From positions 2,670,001 to 2,702,000 of the forward strand of contig NZ_LN831024.1 of the NCBI RefSeq assembly GCF_001457615.1: a DNA stretch of 32,000 nt, in the 5' to 3' direction. The notes below the pieces were generated by a model, which saw nothing but the letters and a program-made list of their open reading frames with translations, did not search any database and was not told the DNA's origin. The stretch is from Pseudomonas aeruginosa. Its GTDB lineage: Bacteria > Pseudomonadota > Gammaproteobacteria > Pseudomonadales > Pseudomonadaceae. The position numbers and the translations under genes were made by a program. Of this stretch, positions 8,257 to 17,098 are shown in pieces. The first letter of the stretch is position 1, and each line of letters opens with the position of its first letter.

Positions 8257-9135
8257 ATGCTCGATCTGGTCCTGCTCCGTACCTTCGTCAGCGTTGTCGA
8301 CACCGGCAACTTCACCCGCGCCGGCGAACACCTGCATCTGACCCAGTCCACCGTCAGCCAGCAGGTCATCCGCCTCGAACAGAACCTCGGTTGCCGCCTG
8401 CTCGACCGCAGCCAGCGGCAGGTTTTGCCGACCGAGGAAGGCGAGCGTCTGCTTGGCTACGCGCGGCGCCTGCTGCGGCTCTCGGACGAGGCCAGCGAGG
8501 CCCTCAGCCCGGCCCATGGCGACGGCGTGCTGCGCCTCGGCGTGCCGGAAGACCTCGCCGGCGAAGTGCTGATGCCGGTGCTGACGCGCTTCACCGAAGA
8601 GCGTCCGCGACTGCGCCTGGAGGTCGAGAGCGGTCTCAGCCATCACCTGCTGCGCCTCTATCGCAGCGGCGAGCTGGACCTGCTGCTGGTCAAGCAGTGG
8701 GGGGCCGACAGCGACTGCCATGCACGCTGGGCCGAGCCGCTGGGCTGGTTCGGCAGCGCCACGCGGCCGTTCGGCGAGGGTTCGCCGGAGGAGCCGGTGC
8801 CGCTGGTGGTGTTCCCGGTCGGCGCGCTGTATCGCCAGGAGATGATCCATGCCCTGGAGAGCATCGGGCGTCGCTGGCGCATCGGCTATTCCAGCGCCAG
8901 CCTGGCCAGCCTGGTGGCCGCGGTCGGCGCCGGACTGGGGGTCAGCCTGCTGCCGCTGGGCTGCGTCGGGCCCGAGCATCGCCTGCTTGGCGCGCAGGCC
9001 GGCTTCCCGCCCATCGCTGGCCTGGAGCTGGCGCTCTACGCGCGGCCCGAGCTGGACAGCGCCGGGCGCACCCTCCGCGACCGCCTGCGCGACCTCTGCG
9101 ATGCACGCCTGGAAGGGTTGCAGGGCGAGCGCTGA
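8257..9135 (+). CDS. LysR-family transcriptional regulator
   Basis: N-terminal HTH MLDLVLLRTFVSVVDTGNFTRAGEHLHLTQSTVSQQVIRLEQNLGCRLLDRSQRQVLPTEEGERLL, LysR-type effector domain. Confidence 0.92.
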   Translation: MLDLVLLRTFVSVVDTGNFTRAGEHLHLTQSTVSQQVIRLEQNLGCRLLDRSQRQVLPTEEGERLLGYARRLLRLSDEASEALSPAHGDGVLRLGVPEDLAGEVLMPVLTRFTEERPRLRLEVESGLSHHLLRLYRSGELDLLLVKQWGADSDCHARWAEPLGWFGSATRPFGEGSPEEPVPLVVFPVGALYRQEMIHALESIGRRWRIGYSSASLASLVAAVGAGLGVSLLPLGCVGPEHRLLGAQAGFPPIAGLELALYARPELDSAGRTLRDRLRDLCDARLEGLQGER

Positions 9136-9193
9136 GCGCTGTCTCCGGGCTATGATCCGGCTCCCTCAGCGAATGGACACGGAAGCCCGCCAC

Positions 9194-9709
9194 ATGTCCC
9201 GACCCACCCTGCAAGTCGACCTGCTGGTCGAGTCCTTCAACTACAAGGCCTGGTCCGACCGCCGCACCCTCGATGCCATCGCCCGGATCGACGCCGAGGC
9301 GTTCCCGGCCTCGCTGGCCTTCGCCTTGCAACAGCTCAATCACATGGCGATCGTCGAGGAACTGTTCAGGGCACGCCTGCTGGGCGAGCCGGCGCCCCAC
9401 CAACAGACCAACAGCGAGGTGGTGCCTGGCTACGACGTCCTGCGTCGCCGGCTGGAGGATTCGGCCGCCTGGTTCGCCGGCTATGTCGCCGAGCTGCCGC
9501 TGGAGCGTCGCGGCGAATGGCTGCGCTTCCGCTTCGCCGATGGCCGCGACGGCGGCATGACGCGCCAGGAGATCCTCTTCCATATCGTCAACCATGGCAC
9601 CTACCATCGCGGCGCCATCGGTCATGCCCTCGACCTGGCGGGCGCGCCCCGGCCGGCGGATACCTACACCCTGTATATCCACTCCGCGCAGCCGGAGCGG
9701 CGGGAATAG
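9194..9709 (+). CDS. DinB-family protein
   Basis: MSRPTLQVDLLVESFNYKAWSDRRTLDAI...LQQLNHMAIVEELFRARLLG...ILFHIVNHGTYHRGAIGHAL; conserved His pattern (NH...HxxxHR). Possible start at 9173. Frame extracted from ORF 8849..9709. Confidence 0.8.
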   Translation: MSRPTLQVDLLVESFNYKAWSDRRTLDAIARIDAEAFPASLAFALQQLNHMAIVEELFRARLLGEPAPHQQTNSEVVPGYDVLRRRLEDSAAWFAGYVAELPLERRGEWLRFRFADGRDGGMTRQEILFHIVNHGTYHRGAIGHALDLAGAPRPADTYTLYIHSAQPERRE

Positions 9710-9788
9710 CCCGCGGCAATGGCCGCCGAGCCTCTACGCCATCGCCGAGAAACGACGTGGGGCTCGACCGAGCCCCCGCGCTGCGCAT

Positions 9789-9826
9789 AAAAAAGCCCCG
9801 CGACCAGGAGCTGCAATCGCGGGGCT
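9789..9826 (-). terminator. Rho-independent terminator of the mexEF-oprN transcript
   Basis: Inverted repeat AGCCCCGCGA (9794-9803) / TCGCGGGGCT (9817-9826) bordered by a run of A on the plus strand, i.e. a U tract for leftward transcription, just beyond the oprN stop. Confidence 0.85.
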
Positions 9827-9863
9827 GGAGTGGCCGATTTCCATCGGCCGGGGGATAGCCGGT

Positions 9864-11282
9864 TCAGGCGCTGGGTTGCCAGCCACCGCCGAGGGAGCGG
9901 TAGATCGCCACGATGCCGCGGTACAGCTCGACCTCGGCCTGGGCCTGGGCATCTTCGGCGGAGAGTTGCTCGCGTTCGGCGTCCAGCAGCACCAGGAAAT
10001 CGGTGGTGCCTTCGCGGTAGCGGATCGCCGCCTGTTGCGCGGCGGCGCGGCTGGCTTCCGACTGGCGGACCAGCGAGACCAGGCGCTCCTGGCGCTTGCC
10101 ATAGTCGCTGAAGGCATTCGCCGATTCTTCCAGGGCCAGCAGCACCTGCTGTTCGTAGCTGGCCAGCGCGGCGTCGGCGTCGGCCTTGGCGCCTCGCAGG
10201 CGGGCACGCACGCTGCCGAGGTCGAAGGCGGCCCAACTGATGCTCGGGCCGACGCTCCAGGCGCGGGCGGCGCTTGAGCCGATCTGCGAGCCCCGCCCGG
10301 CGGTGAAGCCGAGGAAGCCGCTGAGGCTGACCCGCGGGAACAGGTCGGCGGTGGCCACGCCGACGTCGGCGGTGCTGGCGGCCAGGCGCCGTTCGGCGGC
10401 GCGGATGTCCGGCCGGCGGCGCAGCAGCTCGCCGGGATCGCCGATCGGCAGGGCCTTGGTGATCGCCGGCAGGTCGCGCGGCGAAAGGTCCACTGTCAAC
10501 TCTTCCGGCCGTTGGCCGAGGAGGGTGGCGATACGATGCCTGGCGCGCTCGGCTTCCGCCTGCAGTTGCGGCACGCTGGCGGCGGTGGCCGCCAGGCGCG
10601 CATCGGCGCGCAGTACGTCGAGTTCGGCACCGACCCCGGCGTCGCGCAGTTGCTCGGTGAGCTGGCGCGACTCCTTCTGGTTCTCCAGGTTGCTCAGGGC
10701 AATCTTCTCGCGCAGTTGCGCGCCGCGCAGTTGGCCGTAGGCGTCCACCAGCTCGGCGATCAGGCTGACCTGCAGTTGCTGCAGGTCGGCCTCGGCCGCT
10801 TCGCTGAGGGCGTCGCTGGACTCCAGCTGACGGCGGATGCGCCCGAACAGGTCAAGCTCCCAGGCGCTATCCAGGCCAAGGTCGTAGCGCTCGCTGTTGA
10901 CCCGGTCCTCGGTCACTCCCGGTTGCTGGCCCTTGCCGATGTCGGCGCTGGCGCGGCTGGTGACCACCGGGAAGCGATCGTTGGCCACGTCGTCGCGCAG
11001 GGCGCGGGCGGCGCGCAGGCGGGCGAAGGCCACGCGCAGGTCGCGGTTGCCGCTCAGCGACTGTTCGACCAACTGGTTCAGGGTCGGATCGTCGAACTGT
11101 TTCCACCACAGGCTTTCGAAGCGGCTGCGGTCGTAGGGCTTGCTCGCCGTGGCGTCGATCTTCGCCGCCGCGGTGTCGGGGGTCCGGTAGTCCGGACCCA
11201 CCGTGCAGGCGCTGAGCGCCAGCAGACTGAACAGACCCAGGGCGGACGCGAGCCCGCTCCGGATCGACTGCGCGTGAATCAT
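9864..11282 (-). CDS. oprN: Multidrug efflux outer membrane protein OprN
   Basis: MIHAQSIRSGLASALGLFSLLALSACTVGPDYRTPD..., lipoprotein signal LLALSAC, 472 aa NodT/TolC family; last gene of the mexEF-oprN operon with an ATGA overlap to mexF. Confidence 0.97.
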   Translation of the reverse strand: MIHAQSIRSGLASALGLFSLLALSACTVGPDYRTPDTAAAKIDATASKPYDRSRFESLWWKQFDDPTLNQLVEQSLSGNRDLRVAFARLRAARALRDDVANDRFPVVTSRASADIGKGQQPGVTEDRVNSERYDLGLDSAWELDLFGRIRRQLESSDALSEAAEADLQQLQVSLIAELVDAYGQLRGAQLREKIALSNLENQKESRQLTEQLRDAGVGAELDVLRADARLAATAASVPQLQAEAERARHRIATLLGQRPEELTVDLSPRDLPAITKALPIGDPGELLRRRPDIRAAERRLAASTADVGVATADLFPRVSLSGFLGFTAGRGSQIGSSAARAWSVGPSISWAAFDLGSVRARLRGAKADADAALASYEQQVLLALEESANAFSDYGKRQERLVSLVRQSEASRAAAQQAAIRYREGTTDFLVLLDAEREQLSAEDAQAQAEVELYRGIVAIYRSLGGGWQPSA

Positions 11283-14200
11283 GCATGCACCTCTGGCAGG
11301 CCTTTGTCGTTGGCGGCGCGGCGCGCTTCGCGGTTCTCCACGAAGCGGCGGATGAGGACGTAGAACACCGGCGTCAGCAGCAGGCCGAAGAAGGTCACCC
11401 CGATCATCCCGGAGAACACCGCCACGCCCATCGCATGGCGCATCTCGGCGCCGGCGCCGGTGGAGATCACCAGCGGCACCACGCCCATGATGAAGGCGAT
11501 GGACGTCATCAGGATCGGCCGCAGGCGCAGGCGGCAGGCTTCCAGCACCGCGGCGACGCGGTCCATGCCTTCCTCCTGCTTGTCCTTGGCGAACTCGACG
11601 ATCAGGATCGCGTTCTTGCACGCCAGCCCCACCAGAACGATCAGGCCGATCTGGGTAAAGATGTTGTTGTCGCTGCCGGCCAGGATCACCCCGGTGATCG
11701 CCGACAGCAGGGTCATCGGCACGATCAGGATCACCGCCAGCGGCAGGCTCCAGCTCTCGTACTGGGCGGCCAGCACGAGGAAGGCCAGCAGCACGCAGAG
11801 CGGGAAGACGAACAGCGCGGTATTGCCGGCGAGGATCTGCTGGTAGGTCAGCTCGGTCCACTCGTAGGTCATGCCGTTGGGCAGTTCCTCCTTCAGCAGC
11901 TTCTCGATCGCCGCCTGCGCCTGGCCGGAGCTGTAGCCCGCGGCCGGGGCGCCGTTGAGTTCGGCGGTGATGAAGCCGTTGTAGTGCATCACACGGTCCG
12001 GACCGGAGGTGTCGCTGACCTTGATGAAGGACGCCAGCGGGACCATCTCGCCGAGGTTGTTGCGCACCTTCAACTGGCCGATCTGCTCGGGTTCGAGGCG
12101 GAACTGCTGCTCGGCCTGGACGTTGACCTGATAGGTACGGCCGAAGCGGTTGAAGTCGTTCGCGTACAGCGAGCCGAGGTAGACCTGCAGGGTGTCGAAG
12201 ATGTCGCTGATCGCCACGCCGTGGGTCTTGGCCTTCTCGCGGTCGATGTCGGCGTCGATCTGCGGCACGTTGACCTGGTAGCTGGAGAACACCGAGCTGG
12301 GTTCCAGCTCAGGCAGCGCACGGGCCTTGGTGATGATGTTCTGGGTCTGCTTGAACAGCTCCTCGTAGCCCTGGTTGCCACGGTCCTCGATCTGCAGGCG
12401 GAAGCCGCCGATGGTCCCCAGCCCCTGTACCGGCGGCGGCGGGAAGATCGCGATGTAGGCGTCCTGGATGTCGGCGTACTTGGCGTTCAGCGCGGCGGCG
12501 ATGGCCCCGGCCGACTGGCTCGGGTCCTTGCGCTCGTCGAACGGCTTCAGCGGGGTGAACACGATGCCGCTGTTCGGGCTGTTGGTGAAGCCGTTGATCG
12601 ACAGGCCGGGGAAGGCCACCGAGTCTGCCACGCCGGGCTGCGCCAGGGCGATCTCGGACATCTGCTTGATCACCGCCTCGGTACGGTCCAGGCTGGCCGC
12701 GTCGGGCAACTGGGCGAAGGCCACCAGGTACTGCTTGTCCTGCTGCGGGACGAAACCGGTCGGCGTGCTGGAGAAGCCGAAGTAGGTCAGCACCATCAGT
12801 CCGCCGTAGACCAGCAGGGCGATCGAACTGCCGCGCAGGACCCGGTTCACCGTGCCGACGTAGCCATGGCTGGCGCGGTCGAAGAAACGGTTGAACGGAC
12901 GGAACAGCCAACTGCCGAGGAGCTTGTCGAGGAACACCGAGAAGCGGTCCTTCGGCTCGTGGTGGCCCTTGAGCAGGACCGCCGCCAGCGCTGGCGACAG
13001 GGTCAGCGAGTTGAACGCCGAGATCACCGTGGAGATCGCGATGGTCAGGGCGAACTGGCGGTAGAACTGCCCGGTGAGGCCGGAGATGAACGCGGTCGGG
13101 ATGAACACCGCGCAGAGCACCAGCGCCGTGGCGATGATCGGCCCGGTCACCTCGCGCATGGCACGCTTGGTGGCTTCCACCGGCTTGAGGCCGAGGCCGA
13201 TGTTGCGCTCGACGTTCTCCACCACCACGATGGCGTCGTCCACCACGATGCCGATGGCCAGCACCAGGCCGAACAGCGACAGCGCGTTGAGCGAGAAGCC
13301 GAGCATGTGCATCACCGCGAAGGTGCCGATCAGCGACACCGGCACCGCGGCCAGCGGGATGATCGAGGCGCGCCAGGTCTGCAGGAACAGGATCACCACC
13401 AGCACCACCAGCACCAGGGCTTCGAACAGGGTGTGCACCACCGCCTCGATGGAGCCGCGGACGAAGATGGTCGGGTCGTAGACGATGGAGTAGTCCATGC
13501 CTTGCGGGAAGCTGTGCTTCAGCTCGGCCATCTTCTCCCGCACCAGGTTGGAGATCTCGATGGCGTTCGAGCCGGGACGCTGGAAGATCGGGATCGCCAC
13601 CGCCGGCTTGTTGTTCAGCAGCGAACGCAGGGCGTACTGGTTGGAGCCCAGCTCGACCCGGGCGATGTCGCGCAGACGGGTGATCTCGCCGTTGGCGCCG
13701 GCGCGGATGATGATGTTCTCGAACTCTTCCTCGGTGACCAGGCGACCCTGGGTGTTGATCGACAACTGGAAGCTGGTATCGCTCGGCGCCGGCGGCGCGC
13801 CCAGGGTGCCGGCGGCGACCTGGCGGTTCTGCTCGCGGATGGCGTTGACCACGTCGGTGGCGGTGAGGTTGCGCGAGGCGACCTTGTTCGGGTCCAGCCA
13901 GACGCGCAGCGAATAGTCGCCGAGGCCGAACAACTGGACGTCGCCGACGCCGTCGAGGCGGGCCAGTTCGTCCTTCACGTTGAGCACCGCGTAGTTCGAC
14001 AGGTAGAGCATGTCGTAGCGGTTATCCGGCGAGGTCAGGTGCACGACCATGGTCAGGTCGGGCGAGGCCTTGTCGACGGTGATGCCGAGCCGGGTCACTT
14101 CTTCCGGGAGCTTCGGCTCGGTCCGGGTGACGCGGTTCTGCACCTGCACCTGGGCGTTGTCCAGGTCGGTGCCGAGGGCGAAGGTGATGGTCAGGGTCAG

Positions 14201-14467
14201 CTTGCCGTCGGAGGTCGACTGGGAGGACATGTAGAGCATGTTCTCCACCCCGGTGATCGCCTGTTCAAGGGGAGAGGCGACGGTCTCGCCGATGACTTTC
14301 GGGTTGGCGCCGGGGAAGTTGGCGCGGACCACGACGGTCGGCGGCACCACTTCCGGGTATTCGCTGATGGGTAGCTGGAACAGGGAGATGGCGCCGCCGA
14401 TCAGGATCAGCAGCGACAGCACCGCGGCGAAGATCGGCCGCTGGATGAAGAATTGGGAGAAATTCAT
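11279..14467 (-). CDS. mexF: RND efflux transporter MexF
   Basis: 1062-aa HAE1-type RND permease: MNFSQFFIQRPIFAAVLSLLILIGGAISLFQLPISEYPEVVPPTVVV...VVDDAIVVVENVER. Confidence 0.97.
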   Translation of the reverse strand: MNFSQFFIQRPIFAAVLSLLILIGGAISLFQLPISEYPEVVPPTVVVRANFPGANPKVIGETVASPLEQAITGVENMLYMSSQSTSDGKLTLTITFALGTDLDNAQVQVQNRVTRTEPKLPEEVTRLGITVDKASPDLTMVVHLTSPDNRYDMLYLSNYAVLNVKDELARLDGVGDVQLFGLGDYSLRVWLDPNKVASRNLTATDVVNAIREQNRQVAAGTLGAPPAPSDTSFQLSINTQGRLVTEEEFENIIIRAGANGEITRLRDIARVELGSNQYALRSLLNNKPAVAIPIFQRPGSNAIEISNLVREKMAELKHSFPQGMDYSIVYDPTIFVRGSIEAVVHTLFEALVLVVLVVILFLQTWRASIIPLAAVPVSLIGTFAVMHMLGFSLNALSLFGLVLAIGIVVDDAIVVVENVERNIGLGLKPVEATKRAMREVTGPIIATALVLCAVFIPTAFISGLTGQFYRQFALTIAISTVISAFNSLTLSPALAAVLLKGHHEPKDRFSVFLDKLLGSWLFRPFNRFFDRASHGYVGTVNRVLRGSSIALLVYGGLMVLTYFGFSSTPTGFVPQQDKQYLVAFAQLPDAASLDRTEAVIKQMSEIALAQPGVADSVAFPGLSINGFTNSPNSGIVFTPLKPFDERKDPSQSAGAIAAALNAKYADIQDAYIAIFPPPPVQGLGTIGGFRLQIEDRGNQGYEELFKQTQNIITKARALPELEPSSVFSSYQVNVPQIDADIDREKAKTHGVAISDIFDTLQVYLGSLYANDFNRFGRTYQVNVQAEQQFRLEPEQIGQLKVRNNLGEMVPLASFIKVSDTSGPDRVMHYNGFITAELNGAPAAGYSSGQAQAAIEKLLKEELPNGMTYEWTELTYQQILAGNTALFVFPLCVLLAFLVLAAQYESWSLPLAVILIVPMTLLSAITGVILAGSDNNIFTQIGLIVLVGLACKNAILIVEFAKDKQEEGMDRVAAVLEACRLRLRPILMTSIAFIMGVVPLVISTGAGAEMRHAMGVAVFSGMIGVTFFGLLLTPVFYVLIRRFVENREARRAANDKGLPEVHA

Positions 14468-14488
14468 CGGTTCTTCCTATCGCCGCGC

Positions 14489-15733
14489 TCAGCCGCGCGG
14501 CTCGTTGCGAGTGGCGTTGTCCTTGGACGCCGCCACCTTCGGTGGTTCGCTGTCGCCGACCGACTGCCGCAGGCGCGCGAGGGTGGCCAGGGTGTCGGCG
14601 CTGGCCATCTCGACCTTCTGCGGATCCACCTGCATGCCCGGGCGGACCCGCTGCAGGCCATTCACGACGATCCGGTCGCCCTTGCTCAGGCCGCTGCGGA
14701 CGATGCGCAGGCCCTCCAGCTTCGGTCCCATCTCGACGGTGCGGTAGACGGTCTTGTTGTCGCCATCCAGGACCAGCACGAACTTCTTGCCCAGGTCGGT
14801 GCCGACCGCTTCGTCCTTGATCAGGGTGGCGGCGTAGGTCTTGCTGCCGACCAGCTTCAGGCGCACGTAGAGGCCCGGGGTGAACTCGCCCTTGGCGTTG
14901 TCGAACACGGCGCGGCCGCGGATGGTGCCGGTACGCGGGTTGACCTGGTTGTCGAGGAAGTCCAGCCGGCCCAGGTGCGGGTTGCCGTCCTCGCTGCTCA
15001 GGCCGAGGTACACCGGGCTCTCGCTGCGCGTGTCGCGACCGGCCTGGCGGGCCAGCTCGACGTACTTGAGGAACACGCGCTCGTCGGCGTCGAAGTAGGC
15101 GTAGACCTTGTCGGTGCTGACCAGGGTGGTGAGCAGGGTCTCCCCGGAGTTGACCAGGTTGCCGGCGGTGACCTCGGCGCGGCTGACGCGACCGTCGATC
15201 GGCGCGGTGATCCGGGTGAAGCTCAGGTTCAGGCGCGCCGCGTCCAGTTGCGCCTGGGTCGCGGCGACCGCCGCCTTGGCTTCCTGGGCGGCGGTGGTGC
15301 GGGCGTCGGCGAGTTCCGCGGAGATCGCGTTGCTGGCGCGCAGGCGTTCGCCGCGCTGGGCTTCGTTGACGCTCCGCGCCTGGGCCGCGCGGGCCTGTTG
15401 CAGCTGGGCTTCGAGGCGCTTGACCTCGGCCTCGAACGGGCGCGGGTCGATCTGGAACAGCAGGTCGCCTTTCTTCACCAGTGCGCCTTCATGGAAGGCC
15501 ACGCGGTCGATGTAGCCCGACACCCGCGGGCGCAGCTCCACCGACTCCGGGGCCTCCAGGCGGCCGGTGAATTCGTCCCACTCGTTCAGCGGTTGTTCGA
15601 TGACTTCGGCGACGCTGACCTTGGGCGCCGCCATGCCTTGGGTGGTTTCCGGGGCCTTGCCGCAGGCGCTCAGGACCAGTACGGCCGCGAGTGCGAGGGG
15701 GTAGCGCCAGGAGAAGTGGGATGACTGTTCCAT
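14489..15733 (-). CDS. mexE: RND efflux membrane fusion protein MexE
   Basis: 414 aa, lipoprotein signal (ALAAVLVLSACGK), HlyD/AcrA-like PRVSGYIDRVAFHEGALVKKGDLLFQIDPRPF; first gene of the operon. Confidence 0.97.
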   Translation of the reverse strand: MEQSSHFSWRYPLALAAVLVLSACGKAPETTQGMAAPKVSVAEVIEQPLNEWDEFTGRLEAPESVELRPRVSGYIDRVAFHEGALVKKGDLLFQIDPRPFEAEVKRLEAQLQQARAAQARSVNEAQRGERLRASNAISAELADARTTAAQEAKAAVAATQAQLDAARLNLSFTRITAPIDGRVSRAEVTAGNLVNSGETLLTTLVSTDKVYAYFDADERVFLKYVELARQAGRDTRSESPVYLGLSSEDGNPHLGRLDFLDNQVNPRTGTIRGRAVFDNAKGEFTPGLYVRLKLVGSKTYAATLIKDEAVGTDLGKKFVLVLDGDNKTVYRTVEMGPKLEGLRIVRSGLSKGDRIVVNGLQRVRPGMQVDPQKVEMASADTLATLARLRQSVGDSEPPKVAASKDNATRNEPRG

Positions 15734-15811
15734 GCTTGACTCCGCCAGTCGGTTTTTCGGGATTGGCGAAGTCTGCGGGCTGCTCCGGCAGGGAACTAAT
15801 CGAACGACGAG

Positions 15812-15835
15812 ATTTTGATTATCACGAACAGTGAT
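15812..15835 (-). promoter_or_regulatory. MexT box-like site upstream of mexE
   Basis: Minus strand ATCACTGTTCGTGATAATCAAAAT, partial match to the published ATCA-N5-GTCGAT-N4-ACYAT consensus; an overlapping nod-box core ATC-N9-GAT lies at plus 15799-15813. Confidence 0.65.
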
Positions 15836-15963
15836 ACATGGTTTTTCGTTTTCTGTAACAGTCGATGGTTATGGACAGTGCTTTCGATGGAATAAGCCGC
15901 ACACCCGCGGCGCGCGATCGATTTTCCCGTTGCGACGCCTCGTGCGGGTAGCTGCCGGAGGGC

Positions 15964-16878
15964 TCAGAGACTGTCCGGATCGCCGATGAACATGCTGATC
16001 CGCGAGCGCAGCCAGCGTTCGGCCGGATCGTTGTCCTGGGCGCCGCGCCAAGCCATCGACAGTTCGAAGGCGCGGGTCTCGAACGGTGGGTCCTCGGCGC
16101 GTAGGCCGCCGGCGGCGATCAGCGCCTGGGCGGCGTAGTCGGGCACGGTGGCGATGATGTCGGTGCCGGCCAGGAGGGTGCCGAGGCCGTTGAACTGCGG
16201 CACCGCCAGGACCACCTTGCGCTTGCGGCCGAATTTTTCCAGCTCCTCGTCGACGAAGCCGCTGAGGTCGCCGGCGAAGGACACCAGCGCGTGCGGTCGC
16301 GCGCAATAGTCGTCGAGGGTCAGCTGGCCGGGCGCGGAGTCGGCGCGGAGGATCTTCGGCTTGCTGCGGCGCACGGTCTTGCGCTTGGCGTTGGCCGGCA
16401 GTTCGTCGGTGTAGCTGACGCCCACCGAGATCTCCCCCGAGGCCAGCAGGTTCGGCATCAATAGATAGTTGGCGCGGCGCACGACGAGGACGATCCCCGG
16501 CGCCTCCGCGCGCAGGCGGCGGAGCAGGGGCGGCAGCAGGCCGAACTCGACGTCGTCGGAAAGGCCGATGCGGAACACCGCGGTGCTGGTCGCCGGATCG
16601 AACTCGCTGGCGCGACTCATGGCGGTGGAGATGGAATCCAGCGCCGGCGACAGGTGGGCGAAGATTTCCTGGGCTCGCGCGGTGGGTTCCATGCTGCGTC
16701 CGGTACGGACGAACAGCGGGTCGTCGAACAGCGTGCGCAGGCGCGACAGCGCGGCGCTGATGGCCGGCTGGCCGAGGAACAGTTTCTCTGCGGCGCGGGT
16801 CACGCTGCGTTCGTGCATCAGGGTCTCGAACACGATCAGCAGGTTCAGATCGACGCGGCGCAGGTCGTTTCGGTTCAT
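15964..16878 (-). CDS. mexT: LysR-type activator MexT, full-length 304-aa frame
   Basis: MNRNDLRRVDLNLLIVFETLMHERSVTRAAEKLFLGQPAISAALSRLRTLFDDPLFVRTG..., position adjacent to mexE and divergent from mexS. Confidence 0.96.
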   Translation of the reverse strand: MNRNDLRRVDLNLLIVFETLMHERSVTRAAEKLFLGQPAISAALSRLRTLFDDPLFVRTGRSMEPTARAQEIFAHLSPALDSISTAMSRASEFDPATSTAVFRIGLSDDVEFGLLPPLLRRLRAEAPGIVLVVRRANYLLMPNLLASGEISVGVSYTDELPANAKRKTVRRSKPKILRADSAPGQLTLDDYCARPHALVSFAGDLSGFVDEELEKFGRKRKVVLAVPQFNGLGTLLAGTDIIATVPDYAAQALIAAGGLRAEDPPFETRAFELSMAWRGAQDNDPAERWLRSRISMFIGDPDSL

Positions 16879-16984
16879 GGCGTTCCTCGTTTCCAGGGGC
16901 TAGAGGCTGCAACCGCGGGGGCTCGCCGTCAAGCCTTGCGTGCGAGACGGGGCGGGGCCTGGCGAGGTGCCGGAGGGGCATAGG

Positions 16985-17008
16985 ATCACTGACAGGCATA
17001 GCCATTAT
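16985..17008 (+). promoter_or_regulatory. MexT box-like site in the mexT-mexS intergenic region
   Basis: ATCACTGACAGGCATAGCCATTAT, partial match to ATCA-N5-GTCGAT-N4-ACYAT, between divergent mexT and mexS. Confidence 0.6.
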
Positions 17009-17098
17009 CAATAACGACGGGTGGTTTTGTCAGGCATGGGCGGATACAGTCACAACCCATGAGGTTATTCACCCCGTGATGCACTGCAGAGGTTTGCG

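Noticed and set aside
11285-14374. 1029-aa plus-strand ORF opposite mexF
   Set aside because: Long antisense ORF caused by high GC codon bias; His/Asp/Gln-rich low-complexity translation with no fold, fully inside mexF.
14453-15724. 423-aa plus-strand ORF opposite mexE
   Set aside because: Antisense shadow of mexE; no recognisable domain.
15869-17011. 380-aa minus-strand ORF overlapping mexT in another frame
   Set aside because: Pro/Arg-rich out-of-frame product; the 304-aa LysR frame is clearly genuine.
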